DNA from: an uncultured Erysipelotrichaceae bacterium
GTDB lineage: Bacteria; Bacillota_I; Bacilli_A; Erysipelotrichales; Erysipelotrichaceae
Direction of reading: 5' to 3'
DNA length: 11,375 nt
NCBI GenBank assembly: GCA_964457525.1
Contig: CAYWGS010000045.1
Location: forward strand, 504 to 11,878
A model generated the notes under the pieces. The model saw nothing but the letters and a program-made list of their open reading frames with translations, did no database searches and was not told where the DNA came from. A program made the position numbers and the translations under genes. Shown here piece after piece: positions 1-7,459 of this stretch. Each line of letters begins with the position of its first letter. Positions within the stretch are counted from its first letter, which is position 1.

Positions 1-272
1 TGATTATGCTGAATGAAAAAATAAATTCAGGCAGGAAACTGACGGCAGAGTTAATCCTAAGGCGTAAGCTATGGAAGCGCTCTTGAAAGTGCCACAGTGA
101 CGGAGTCTCTTTGGAAACATTGAGAGTGGAACGCGGTAAACCCCATAAGCGAGAAACCCAAATTTGGTAGGGGAACTTCAAGAACCGAATCGAAGGTTTA
201 AGAAGACAGAAATGTAGATAAATGATTGCCACTGGAAACAGGACAGAACATGGCTTATACGATGTATTTTAA
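1..272 (+). ncRNA. rnpB: RNase P RNA, Bacillus-type (type B), 5'-truncated by the window edge; the 3' end is approximate (+/-10 nt)
   Basis: Long blocks match the B. subtilis RNase P RNA core as I recall it: CTTGAAAGTGCCACAGTGACG (82-102), GAGAGTGGAACGCGGTAAACCCC (122-144), GCGAGAAACCCAAATTTGGTAGGGGAAC (149-176), GTAGATAAATGATTGCC, and ACAGAACATGGCTTA (243-257). There is no long ORF here, local G+C is visibly higher than the flanking AT-rich DNA, and a terminator hairpin follows. Confidence 0.9.
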
Positions 273-297
273 AGTGGAACGGAGTTCCATTTTTTTA
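273..297 (+). terminator. Rho-independent terminator after rnpB
   Basis: Stem TGGAAC (275-280) pairs with GTTCCA (284-289) around a GGA loop. A/T pairs can extend the stem, and a run of 7 T (290-296) follows. Confidence 0.7.
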
Positions 298-324
298 TAA
301 ATTAAAGTTTAATAATGGTATAAT
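295..324 (+). promoter_or_regulatory. Candidate sigma-A promoter of the rodZ-pgsA-cinA-recA block (extended -10)
   Basis: TGgTATAAT at 316-324 is an extended -10 with a perfect TATAAT at 319-324. The -35 is only weak and A/T-rich (TTATAA at 295-300). It lies 22 nt upstream of the rodZ-like ATG, whose RBS AGGAG is at 334-338. Confidence 0.5.
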
Positions 325-345
325 ATTGCAAGTAGGAGTTTTAAA

Positions 346-1215
346 ATGGTTGAAATAGGAAATAGACTTAAAGAAAGAAGAGAAGAATTAGGTTTTACGC
401 TCAAAGAAATGAGTGATAAAACAAGAGTTCCAGTATATAAACTTCAAGCCATTGAGAATGGCGATTTGAAGTTTTTTGAGAATGATTTAACGTACTTAAA
501 GTTCTATATTCGATATTATTGCAATGCATTACATCTAGATTTTGAAATGTACAGAGATCAGCTTGATTTGGCTCTAGATGAATTTTCAAATACGACTAAG
601 ATGTTAAAAATAAGTGAATTAAATGACATTCATGATCGAGTGAGTGATCGAGTAAGAAAATCGACTAGACGTAAAAAACTTGATATCTCATTTATCTCAT
701 TTGCGACATCGATTGTTTTATTGGTGTTAACCCTCGTATTGGTCTTTGTGTTTCTAATTTTACCGAATTTAAACAAAGAAGATGATTTAATAATCGATAA
801 TGGGAATACGGATATTCCTTCACCCATAGAGAATGTAGATGATGAAGAAACAGAGGTTGTTGAGGTTCCAAAGGTCTTAAGTGTAAGCCAAATTGATTCT
901 GTTAATTATGAAGTTACTGGATTTAGTGATGGTCAAGATTTATCTTTGTTTGTTAACTTCAAATCAAATGCGTATGTAAAAATTCGAGTAGATGGGGATA
1001 GTGCAGTAAACTTACCGAATAAGTTATACAATGTTGGTTCAACCTTAGATTTTAAATTTAGTGCATCAAACGAAACGATTGTAGAAGTATACATTGGTTG
1101 GATGAATGGTAATACAATGTTAATCAATGATATTGCGATTCCAATTGATGAAGAAATTGCAAAACGTAATGGTTCTGTTACGTTTACCTTTAGATTAAGA
1201 GGAGAAACCGAATGA
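346..1215 (+). CDS. rodZ: RodZ-like cytoskeleton/cell-shape protein: N-terminal XRE-type HTH, one TM helix, C-terminal DUF4115-like domain
   Basis: HTH segment IGNRLKERREELGFTLKEMSDKTRVPVYKLQAIENGD, then a basic stretch and a TM helix (ISFISFATSIVLLVLTLVLVFVFLILP), then an acidic linker and a beta-rich C-terminal domain. At 289 aa it is similar to B. subtilis YmfM/RodZ. Its position directly upstream of pgsA-cinA-recA matches Bacillus. AGGAG sits 7 nt before the ATG. Confidence 0.8.
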   Translation: MVEIGNRLKERREELGFTLKEMSDKTRVPVYKLQAIENGDLKFFENDLTYLKFYIRYYCNALHLDFEMYRDQLDLALDEFSNTTKMLKISELNDIHDRVSDRVRKSTRRKKLDISFISFATSIVLLVLTLVLVFVFLILPNLNKEDDLIIDNGNTDIPSPIENVDDEETEVVEVPKVLSVSQIDSVNYEVTGFSDGQDLSLFVNFKSNAYVKIRVDGDSAVNLPNKLYNVGSTLDFKFSASNETIVEVYIGWMNGNTMLINDIAIPIDEEIAKRNGSVTFTFRLRGETE

Positions 1216-1805
1216 ATATTCCCAATCGATTGACGTTAATTCGCCTAGTATTTGTACCAATTATCGTATTTTTTGCAATATTTCCTTTTGCACAATTCAA
1301 CATTGTGTTTGGTTATATAATGGTTGATTTTGTTAGTTTACCTATCATCAATATTATTATTCTTGTTCTTTTCTCACTCGCGAGTATTACTGATTTCTTA
1401 GATGGGTACTTAGCACGTAAACATAATTTAGTAACCACTTTTGGGAAGTTTGTGGATCCTTTAGCAGATAAGTTACTCGTAAACACGATGTTTGTATTAT
1501 TTGCTTATCAAGGAGTAATGCCTGTTCTTGCAGTATTAATAATGTTATGGAGAGATACAGCGATTGAAGGTATTCGTATGATTGCAGCAAGAAATGGTGT
1601 TACCATTGCGGCAGCATTTTTAGGTAAAGTTAAGACTGTTGCTCAAATGATTACTATTATTCTTTACTTATTATCTAATTTACCATTTGAGTTGGTTCAA
1701 TTACCAATTCATGAACTTATGTTGTGGTTTACAGTTGTAATATCTGTTGTAAGTGGTATTTCTTATTTCTTACAAGCGAAAGATATGATTTTGGAATCCA
1801 TGTAA
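1212..1805 (+). CDS. pgsA: CDP-diacylglycerol--glycerol-3-phosphate 3-phosphatidyltransferase
   Basis: CDP-alcohol phosphatidyltransferase signature DGYLARKHNLVTTFGKFVDPLADK (D-G-x2-A-R-x8-G-x3-D-x3-D). The protein is a multi-TM hydrophobic 197 aa. Its ATG overlaps the rodZ stop (ATGA at 1212-1215), with GGAGA at 1201-1205 as RBS. Confidence 0.92.
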   Translation: MNIPNRLTLIRLVFVPIIVFFAIFPFAQFNIVFGYIMVDFVSLPIINIIILVLFSLASITDFLDGYLARKHNLVTTFGKFVDPLADKLLVNTMFVLFAYQGVMPVLAVLIMLWRDTAIEGIRMIAARNGVTIAAAFLGKVKTVAQMITIILYLLSNLPFELVQLPIHELMLWFTVVISVVSGISYFLQAKDMILESM

Positions 1806-2272
1806 TGAAAGACTTAGTTAAGTGTTTACTCGAGCTTAATATAACAATCTCAAGTTGTGAGAGTTTTACTGGGGGTTTGTTTGCATCAAGTTTGAGTTCA
1901 TTTGCTGGAATTTCACAGGTTTATAAAGGTAGTATTATTACTTATCAAAATGAAGTTAAAGAGAATGTATTAGGAATAGATCATGAATTAATCGAAAAGT
2001 ATGGAAGTGTGAGTGAAATTGTTGCGATTGAGATGGCTCGATCATGTCTTAAGTTGTTAAAATCTGATATTTCAGTTTCATTTACAGGCAATGCTGGTCC
2101 TAATCCGATTGAAAATAAAGAAGTTGGACTTTGTTATATCGCTATAATTTATAAAGGATATGAAGAGATTATAGAATGTCGATTTAAAGGCTCACGAAAT
2201 CGAATTCGAAGAAGTGCAGTGAATAAAGCGTGTCGTAGAATACTTTGTATAATACAGGAAAAATCTTTATAG
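1805..2272 (+). CDS. cinA: Standalone CinA C-terminal domain protein (PncC-type nicotinamide-nucleotide amidohydrolase family), 155 aa
   Basis: MKDLVKCLLELNITISSCESFTGGLFASSL carries the CinA-C ES(C/F)TGG motif, and GNAGP occurs later. The gene sits immediately upstream of recA, as cinA does in Firmicutes and pncC does in E. coli. I moved the start from the track's 1724 to the in-frame ATG at 1805, which overlaps the pgsA stop (TAATG). The 27 upstream codons overlap pgsA and read as nonsense (MVYSCNICCKWYFLF...). Confidence 0.8.
   Translation: MKDLVKCLLELNITISSCESFTGGLFASSLSSFAGISQVYKGSIITYQNEVKENVLGIDHELIEKYGSVSEIVAIEMARSCLKLLKSDISVSFTGNAGPNPIENKEVGLCYIAIIYKGYEEIIECRFKGSRNRIRRSAVNKACRRILCIIQEKSL
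2246..2253 (+). promoter_or_regulatory. Possible internal -10 element for recA inside the cinA 3' end (weak call)
   Basis: A perfect TATAAT at 2248-2253 is preceded by TG, 47 nt upstream of the recA ATG. No convincing -35 hexamer is found 16-18 nt upstream. Confidence 0.3.
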
Positions 2273-2299
2273 TCGCATACTATAAATAAAGAGGGAACT

Positions 2300-3310
2300 A
2301 TGGAAAATAAGAAAGATTTATTACTAGAAGATGCACTTAAACAGATTCAGAAGCAGTATGGTAAAGGGGCGGTTATGCGCTTGGGGGATCGTGCTAATGT
2401 TGAGGTTGATTCAATTAGCAGCGGTTCAATTGCGATTGATTTTGCATTAGGTGTCGGTGGATATCCTAAAGGTAGAATTATTGAGATTTATGGACCTGAA
2501 TCAAGTGGTAAAACAACTTTAGCGTTACATGCAATTGCGGAAGTTCAAAAAAAGGGTGGTAAAGCTGCTTTTATTGATGCGGAAAATGCGATTGATCCAA
2601 TGTATGCGAAAGCATTAGGTGTAAATATTGATGATTTAATCTTGTCTCAACCGGACAGTGGTGAACAAGCATTAGAAATTACAGAATTATTGATTAAGAG
2701 TGGTGCGATTGATTTAATCGTTATTGACTCTGTTGCGGCACTTGTTCCCCAAGCTGAACTAGATGGTGAGATGTCTGACTCACATATGGGTTTACAAGCT
2801 CGTTTGATGTCTAAAGCGATGCGTAAGTTAGCTGGGGTTATGAATCGTAGTGATTGTACAGCTATTTTCATTAACCAACTTAGAGAAAAGATTGGAATTA
2901 TGTTTGGCAATCCAGAAACAACAACGGGTGGTAAAGCTCTAAAGTTCTATGCATCGATTCGAATTGATGTACGTAAGAGTGAAGCTATTAAGAATGGTAC
3001 GGATATTATCGGGAATAAAGTGAACGTTAAAATAGTTAAAAATAAAGTTGCGCCTCCATTCAAAACAGCAACTGTCGATATTATGTATGGAAAGGGTATC
3101 TCTAAGATTGGTGAACTTATTGAGTTAGCTGCTGAAAGAGATATTATTCAAAAAGCAGGTGCTTGGTTCTCATATAAAGGTGAAAAAATTGGTCAAGGTA
3201 AAGAAGCAGTACGTGCATTCTTGACTGCAAATCCTGTTATCGCGGAAACAATTGAGTCAGAATTAAAACAAGTCATGTTTGTACCAAGTGCTGAAATAGT
3301 TGAAGAATAG
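2300..3310 (+). CDS. recA: Recombinase RecA
   Basis: Typical RecA N-terminus ([22 protein letters not shown]), Walker [21 protein letters not shown], and the L2-region [22 protein letters not shown]. Length is 336 aa. RBS AGAGGGA precedes the ATG. Confidence 0.97.
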   Translation: MENKKDLLLEDALKQIQKQYGKGAVMRLGDRANVEVDSISSGSIAIDFALGVGGYPKGRIIEIYGPESSGKTTLALHAIAEVQKKGGKAAFIDAENAIDPMYAKALGVNIDDLILSQPDSGEQALEITELLIKSGAIDLIVIDSVAALVPQAELDGEMSDSHMGLQARLMSKAMRKLAGVMNRSDCTAIFINQLREKIGIMFGNPETTTGGKALKFYASIRIDVRKSEAIKNGTDIIGNKVNVKIVKNKVAPPFKTATVDIMYGKGISKIGELIELAAERDIIQKAGAWFSYKGEKIGQGKEAVRAFLTANPVIAETIESELKQVMFVPSAEIVEE

Positions 3311-3333
3311 GACATAATTGTCCTTTTTCTTTG
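3309..3333 (+). terminator. Weak rho-independent terminator after recA
   Basis: A 6-bp stem AGGACA (3309-3314) / TGTCCT (3319-3324) has a TAAT loop, followed by TTTTTCTTT. The stem is short, so termination may be partial. Confidence 0.5.
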
Positions 3334-3340
3334 TCTGTTG

Positions 3341-3369
3341 TTGTGAAATGGCAAAAAATTAAGTATTAT
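3341..3369 (+). promoter_or_regulatory. Candidate sigma-A promoter of rny-ymdB
   Basis: -35 TTGTGA (3341-3346), 17-nt spacer, -10 TATTAT (3364-3369). RBS GGAGG at 3396-3400 lies 7 nt before the ATG at 3408. Confidence 0.55.
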
Positions 3370-3407
3370 ATAAGTAAGAGTTTATAACTCGAGCTGGAGG
3401 AAAAAAT

Positions 3408-4964
3408 ATGGGAGAGTATTCATACTTTTTCGTCTTAGCTAGTATCGGTGGTTTTGCTTTGGGAATCATTATTATGGTAATGCTCTCAAAGTTTGGGTTA
3501 AATAGAGATCAACAAAAAGCAAAATTAATTTTAGATGAAGCGAATATCAAATCGGATAGCATTGTTCGTCAAGCTATTTTAGATGCGAAAACGCAAACTT
3601 ATGACTTAAAGTTAGCTGCGGAAAAAGAAATAAAAGAGTCAAAACAGGCTCTTCAAGAAGTAGAACTAAAGTTAAATCGTCGTGAAGACAGTCTAAATTT
3701 TCGTAGTGAGATGTTGACCTCAAAAGAAAAAGAACTTGATTTAAAAAATAAACAAGTTACCGAAAAATTAAATGTACTAGAGAAGATGGAAACCAACCTG
3801 AAAGAGAAAATAGACGGACAGGTTGTTGAATTAGAGCGTATTGCAAATATGACATCTGCAGACGCTAAGAATGAATTAATGGATATTGTTCGAATAAGGA
3901 CTCAAAATGAAATTGAGGCGTTTATTCGTGATCAAGAAGATGAGGCGAAAGCTAAAGCTTCTGATATGGCTAAAGAAATTATTGGTTTAGCTATTCAAAG
4001 ATATGCTCAAGAAGAAACGCTTGAGAGAACTGTTTCTGTCGTTGGATTACCAAACGAAGAAATGAAGGGTCGTATTATCGGTCGTGAAGGTCGTAATATT
4101 CGTGCGATTGAACAAGCAACAGGCGTAGACATTTTAATTGATGATACACCTGAAACAATTACTTTATCTTGTTTTGATCCAATTAGAAGAGAAGTTGCAC
4201 GCTTAGCATTAGAAACATTGCTAAAAGATGGCAGAATTCAACCGGGTCGTATTGAAGAAGTTGTAACTCGTGTTCAAAATGAGTTAAATGAAACAATTCA
4301 AAAAGCAGGAGAAGATGCTGTATTCAAAGTGGGTGTTGGTAAAGTTGATCGTGAGATTATCGGTTTAATTGGTCGTTTGCGTTACCGTTATAGTTATGGT
4401 CAAAATGCTCTTCAACATAGTATGGAAGTTGCGCATTTAACTGGTATGATGGCAGCAGAATTAGGTTTAAATCAAACCTTAGCAAAACGTGTTGGTTTAT
4501 TACATGATATTGGTAAAGCATTAGACTTCGAAATGGAAGGTAGTCATATTGAGTTAGGGGCACGAATTTGTCGTAAACATGGTGAACATCCTGCTGTTAT
4601 TAATGGCATTGAATCTCATCATGGTGATGTACCTGCAAATAGTATTTATTCGATCTTGGTACAAGCTGCAGATACATTGAGTGCAGCACGTCCTGGTGCA
4701 CGTTTTGAATCATTCCAAAACTACATTCAACGTTTAGAACAATTAGAAAAGATTGCGACATCCTTTGATGGTGTTGATAAAGTTTACGCTATTCAAGCTG
4801 GACGTGAAATTCGCGTTATGGTTGTACCTGATAAACTAGATGATTTAGGTGCACATCGTGTTGCGCGTGAAATTCGTGAAAAGATTGAGAACGAAATGAC
4901 TTATCCTGGTCAAATTAAAGTAACTGTCATTCGTGAAACACGACATTCAGAAACCGCAAAATAA
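3408..4964 (+). CDS. rny: Ribonuclease Y (membrane-anchored endoribonuclease)
   Basis: N-terminal TM helix (FFVLASIGGFALGIIIMVMLS), a long K/E-rich coiled-coil region, a KH domain (GRIIGREGRNIRAIE) and an HD domain (LLHDIGK ... ESHHG). At 518 aa it is typical of the family, and ymdB follows as in B. subtilis. Confidence 0.96.
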   Translation: MGEYSYFFVLASIGGFALGIIIMVMLSKFGLNRDQQKAKLILDEANIKSDSIVRQAILDAKTQTYDLKLAAEKEIKESKQALQEVELKLNRREDSLNFRSEMLTSKEKELDLKNKQVTEKLNVLEKMETNLKEKIDGQVVELERIANMTSADAKNELMDIVRIRTQNEIEAFIRDQEDEAKAKASDMAKEIIGLAIQRYAQEETLERTVSVVGLPNEEMKGRIIGREGRNIRAIEQATGVDILIDDTPETITLSCFDPIRREVARLALETLLKDGRIQPGRIEEVVTRVQNELNETIQKAGEDAVFKVGVGKVDREIIGLIGRLRYRYSYGQNALQHSMEVAHLTGMMAAELGLNQTLAKRVGLLHDIGKALDFEMEGSHIELGARICRKHGEHPAVINGIESHHGDVPANSIYSILVQAADTLSAARPGARFESFQNYIQRLEQLEKIATSFDGVDKVYAIQAGREIRVMVVPDKLDDLGAHRVAREIREKIENEMTYPGQIKVTVIRETRHSETAK

Positions 4965-5743
4965 TGAAAATACTGTTTATTGGAGACATTGTTGGAAAAG
5001 CCGGTCGAGCAGCTGTTTATGCTCGACTTGCTTTATTGAAAAAGGAATATAGTATAGATTTTACGATTGTTAATGGTGAGAATATTGCGCATGGTAAAGG
5101 GATAACTGAGAAACTTTACAATGAACTTGTTGAAAAAGGTGTCGATGCGATTACGTTAGGTAACCATGCGTATTCTAAAGCAGATGTATTAAGTTTTATT
5201 GATCATAGTAAATCACTTATTCGACCTATTAATATGTATCCGAATGAATTTGGTTGTGGTGTTCGTGATTTCTATGTAAAAGGTAAAACAATTCGTATCA
5301 TAAATCTCATTGGATCAGTCTTTATGGATAAAGTTATTGAAAGTCCATTTGAGGCTATGAAGAAATTGCATAAAACGAATCCGGATAAAATTGTTATTGT
5401 TGATTTGCATGCAGAGGCAACTAGCGAGAAGTTAGCGTTTGCGTATCAATTTAAGAATGAATGTAGTGCAGTTATTGGTACACATACCCATGTACAAACA
5501 GCAGATGAACAACTCATTGATGGCTGTGCGTTTATTAGTGATGTTGGTATGTGTGGATCCTTTAAAAGTATTATTGGACGTGATATCGATGAGGTGTTAG
5601 AAAAGTTCAATGGGAACTCAATGACACGTTTTACCGTGAGTGAAAATCCTGCTCAAGTGTGTGCAGTAGTAATCGATATTGATGATAAAACGCTTAGGGC
5701 AACTTCAATCAAAAGATTACAATTTAGACCTGAAAGTTATTGA
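4964..5743 (+). CDS. ymdB: YmdB-family metallophosphoesterase (2',3'-cyclic-nucleotide 2'-phosphodiesterase)
   Basis: MKILFIGDIVGKAGR, VNGEN, LGNH, DLHAEATSEK and GTHTHVQTAD closely follow the B. subtilis YmdB motifs as I recall them. The start overlaps the rny stop (TAATG at 4962-4966). Length is 259 aa. Confidence 0.92.
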   Translation: MKILFIGDIVGKAGRAAVYARLALLKKEYSIDFTIVNGENIAHGKGITEKLYNELVEKGVDAITLGNHAYSKADVLSFIDHSKSLIRPINMYPNEFGCGVRDFYVKGKTIRIINLIGSVFMDKVIESPFEAMKKLHKTNPDKIVIVDLHAEATSEKLAFAYQFKNECSAVIGTHTHVQTADEQLIDGCAFISDVGMCGSFKSIIGRDIDEVLEKFNGNSMTRFTVSENPAQVCAVVIDIDDKTLRATSIKRLQFRPESY

Positions 5744-5767
5744 AGAAGAGTATAGAAGTGGTATAAT
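5740..5767 (+). promoter_or_regulatory. Candidate sigma-A promoter of the ferredoxin gene (extended -10)
   Basis: -35 TTGAAG (5740-5745, overlapping the ymdB TGA stop), 16-nt spacer, then TGgTATAAT (5759-5767). This is the same extended -10 nonamer as upstream of rodZ. Confidence 0.55.
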
Positions 5768-5793
5768 TAGAGCAATAAAAGGAGGATTTAACT

Positions 5794-5970
5794 GTGCCTG
5801 TAATTGTAGCAAAAGACACTTGTATTGGATGTGGAGCCTGTGTAGGGGTTTGTCCAGTTGGAGCATTATCACTTGATGCGGATGGTAAAGCTGAGTGTGA
5901 TGAATCAATCTGTATTGATTGTTTAGCATGTATTGGAGTTTGTCCAACACAAGCAATTAGTCAAAAGTAA
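5794..5970 (+). CDS. Small 2x[4Fe-4S] clostridial-type ferredoxin, 58 aa, GTG start; not in the supplied ORF track
   Basis: My translation is (M/V)PVIVAKDTCIGCGACVGVCPVGALSLDADGKAECDESICIDCLACIGVCPTQAISQK*. It has two complete CxxCxxCxxxCP cluster motifs. A strong RBS AAAGGAGGA (5778-5786) sits 8 nt before the GTG. An in-frame TAA at 5776-5778 makes GTG 5794 the first possible start. The stop is TAA 5968-5970, followed at once by a hairpin and T-run. Confidence 0.85.
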   Translation: MPVIVAKDTCIGCGACVGVCPVGALSLDADGKAECDESICIDCLACIGVCPTQAISQK

Positions 5971-5992
5971 CCAAGCATAGCTTGGTTTTTTT
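5971..5992 (+). terminator. Rho-independent terminator or attenuator after the ferredoxin gene, abutting the miaB RBS
   Basis: Stem CCAAGC (5971-5976) / GCTTGG (5980-5985) with an ATA loop, then 7 T (5986-5992). The stem is only 6 bp, so read-through is plausible. Confidence 0.65.
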
Positions 5993-6004
5993 AAGGAAAT
6001 AAAG

Positions 6005-7441
6005 ATGAACGAAATATTTATTAAACCGAATTTAAGGACAGCTCAAAGAAGATCTAAAGATGAAACGATTATTGATCGTTCGCTTTTTAATATACCTGAA
6101 GAATACAAAAATCTTGGATTTGATAAAAAATACTACTTAAGAACATATGGTTGTCAAGCCAATGAGCGTGATTCAGAGACGATAAGAGGGATACTCGAAA
6201 TGATGTCTTATACAGAAGTTAAAGAACCTGAATCTGCAGATATTATTATCATGAACACTTGTGCAATTCGTAAGAATGCAGAGGATCATGTATTTGGTGA
6301 AATTGGCCAATTAAAACGATTAAAGTATACCAATCCAGATTTGATGTTTGTTGTTTGTGGATGTATGGCTCAAGAAGAGGAAGTTGTAGAAACAATCTTA
6401 AAGAAATATCATCATATTGATATTATTTTTGGTACTCATAATATTCATCGTTTTCCAGAATTACTCATTCAAGCGCACTTTAATAAAGAAAGAGTTGTGG
6501 AAGTGTATTCAAAAGAAGGTGAAATCTATGAGAATTTACCAGTAATACGCCAACAACACTCTAAAGCTTGGGTTAATATTATTTATGGTTGTGATAAGTT
6601 CTGTACCTATTGTATTGTTCCTTATACGCGTGGAAAAGAGCGTTCACGTTTGAAGGAAGATATTTTAGATGAGATTAATACATTAATTATCGAAGGCTAT
6701 AAAGAAGTAACGTTACTAGGTCAAAATGTGAATGCTTATGGTAAGGATCTTTCAGATGATTACTCCTTTGCGGAATTACTTGAAGATGTCGCAAAGACAG
6801 GAATCGAAAGAATTCGTTTTATGACAAGTCATCCATGGGATTTTACTGATAAGATGGTAGATGTTATTGCTCAGTATGACAATATTATGCCATTTGTACA
6901 TTTACCATTACAGTCTGGTAGTAATGATATCTTAAAACTTATGGGAAGACGATATACAACAGAAGAGTATCTTCATGTATTTGATTTATTGCGTGAGAAA
7001 GTAAAGCATATAACGTTCTCAACGGATATTATTGTGGGCTTCCCAAATGAAACAGAAGAACAATTTCAAGATACATTAAAAATGATGGATTATTGTAAGT
7101 TTGACAATGTTTATACTTTTATCTACTCTCCAAGAGCAGGAACACCTGCGAGTCGTATGGAAGATAATGTTTCATTAGAAACAAAACGTAGTCGATTGAA
7201 ATTATTGAATCAAAAAGTTGCGCATTATGCACTTTTAAATAACAAAAATCTTATTGGATCTATTCAATCTGTATTGGTTGATGGACCATCAAAAAAAGAT
7301 GAAAACGTATTTAGTGGATATACAGAAGGAAATAAGTTGGTCAATTTTGTTCCTAAAAATGCAAAAACTGGTATGATTGTTCAAGTAAAGATTACAAATG
7401 CTAATACATGGACATTAAAAGGGGAAGAAATTTCTTCTTAA
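6005..7441 (+). CDS. miaB: tRNA-2-methylthio-N6-dimethylallyladenosine synthase (radical-SAM methylthiotransferase MiaB)
   Basis: N-terminal MTTase cluster cysteines (YGCQANERDSE, NTCAIR, GCMAQ), radical-SAM CDKFCTYC, SHPWDF, and a C-terminal TRAM-like domain (SVLVDGPSKKDENVFSGYTEGNKLVNF). The N-terminal extension resembles Bacillus YmcB/MiaB. The MiaB versus MtaB/RimO subfamily call rests on these motifs only. Confidence 0.88.
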   Translation: MNEIFIKPNLRTAQRRSKDETIIDRSLFNIPEEYKNLGFDKKYYLRTYGCQANERDSETIRGILEMMSYTEVKEPESADIIIMNTCAIRKNAEDHVFGEIGQLKRLKYTNPDLMFVVCGCMAQEEEVVETILKKYHHIDIIFGTHNIHRFPELLIQAHFNKERVVEVYSKEGEIYENLPVIRQQHSKAWVNIIYGCDKFCTYCIVPYTRGKERSRLKEDILDEINTLIIEGYKEVTLLGQNVNAYGKDLSDDYSFAELLEDVAKTGIERIRFMTSHPWDFTDKMVDVIAQYDNIMPFVHLPLQSGSNDILKLMGRRYTTEEYLHVFDLLREKVKHITFSTDIIVGFPNETEEQFQDTLKMMDYCKFDNVYTFIYSPRAGTPASRMEDNVSLETKRSRLKLLNQKVAHYALLNNKNLIGSIQSVLVDGPSKKDENVFSGYTEGNKLVNFVPKNAKTGMIVQVKITNANTWTLKGEEISS

Positions 7442-7459
7442 TTCCATTGTTTTATACGC

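Noticed and set aside
275-289. GAAC-GGA-GTTC, which resembles a LexA/Cheo half-site pair upstream of the recA-containing operon.
   Set aside because: The spacer is 3 nt rather than 4 and the flanking C/G positions are absent. The palindrome is the stem of the rnpB terminator and is followed by its T-run.
1571-1578. TATTCGTA, the reverse complement of the streptococcal ComX cin-box TACGAATA, upstream of cinA-recA.
   Set aside because: It is on the wrong strand to drive cinA-recA and lies inside the pgsA coding sequence. A single 8-mer in AT-rich DNA is expected by chance, and nothing indicates a streptococcal-type competence regulon.
1724-1804. The 27-codon N-terminal extension of the cinA ORF as given in the track (start at 1724).
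   Set aside because: It overlaps pgsA by 81 nt and reads as out-of-frame nonsense (MVYSCNICCKWYFLFLTSERYDFGIHV). The CinA-C domain homology begins at the ATG at 1805, which overlaps the pgsA stop.
3348-3362. Mini-ORF ATG GCA AAA AAT TAA (MAKN*) in the rny leader, considered as a possible leader peptide.
   Set aside because: It has only 4 codons and no RBS, and it overlaps the predicted promoter spacer, upstream of the likely TSS.
5679-5956. Track ORFs 5679..5876(+) and 5717..5956(-), spanning the ymdB end and the following spacer.
   Set aside because: Neither has any protein-family character or an RBS. The region is better explained by the ymdB 3' end, a promoter, and the GTG-start ferredoxin in another + frame.
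7424-7445. The palindrome GAAGAAA/TTTCTTC spanning the miaB stop, considered as a possible terminator.
   Set aside because: The stem is all-weak A/T-rich with essentially no loop and no proper T-run follows. It is more likely coincidental coding sequence.
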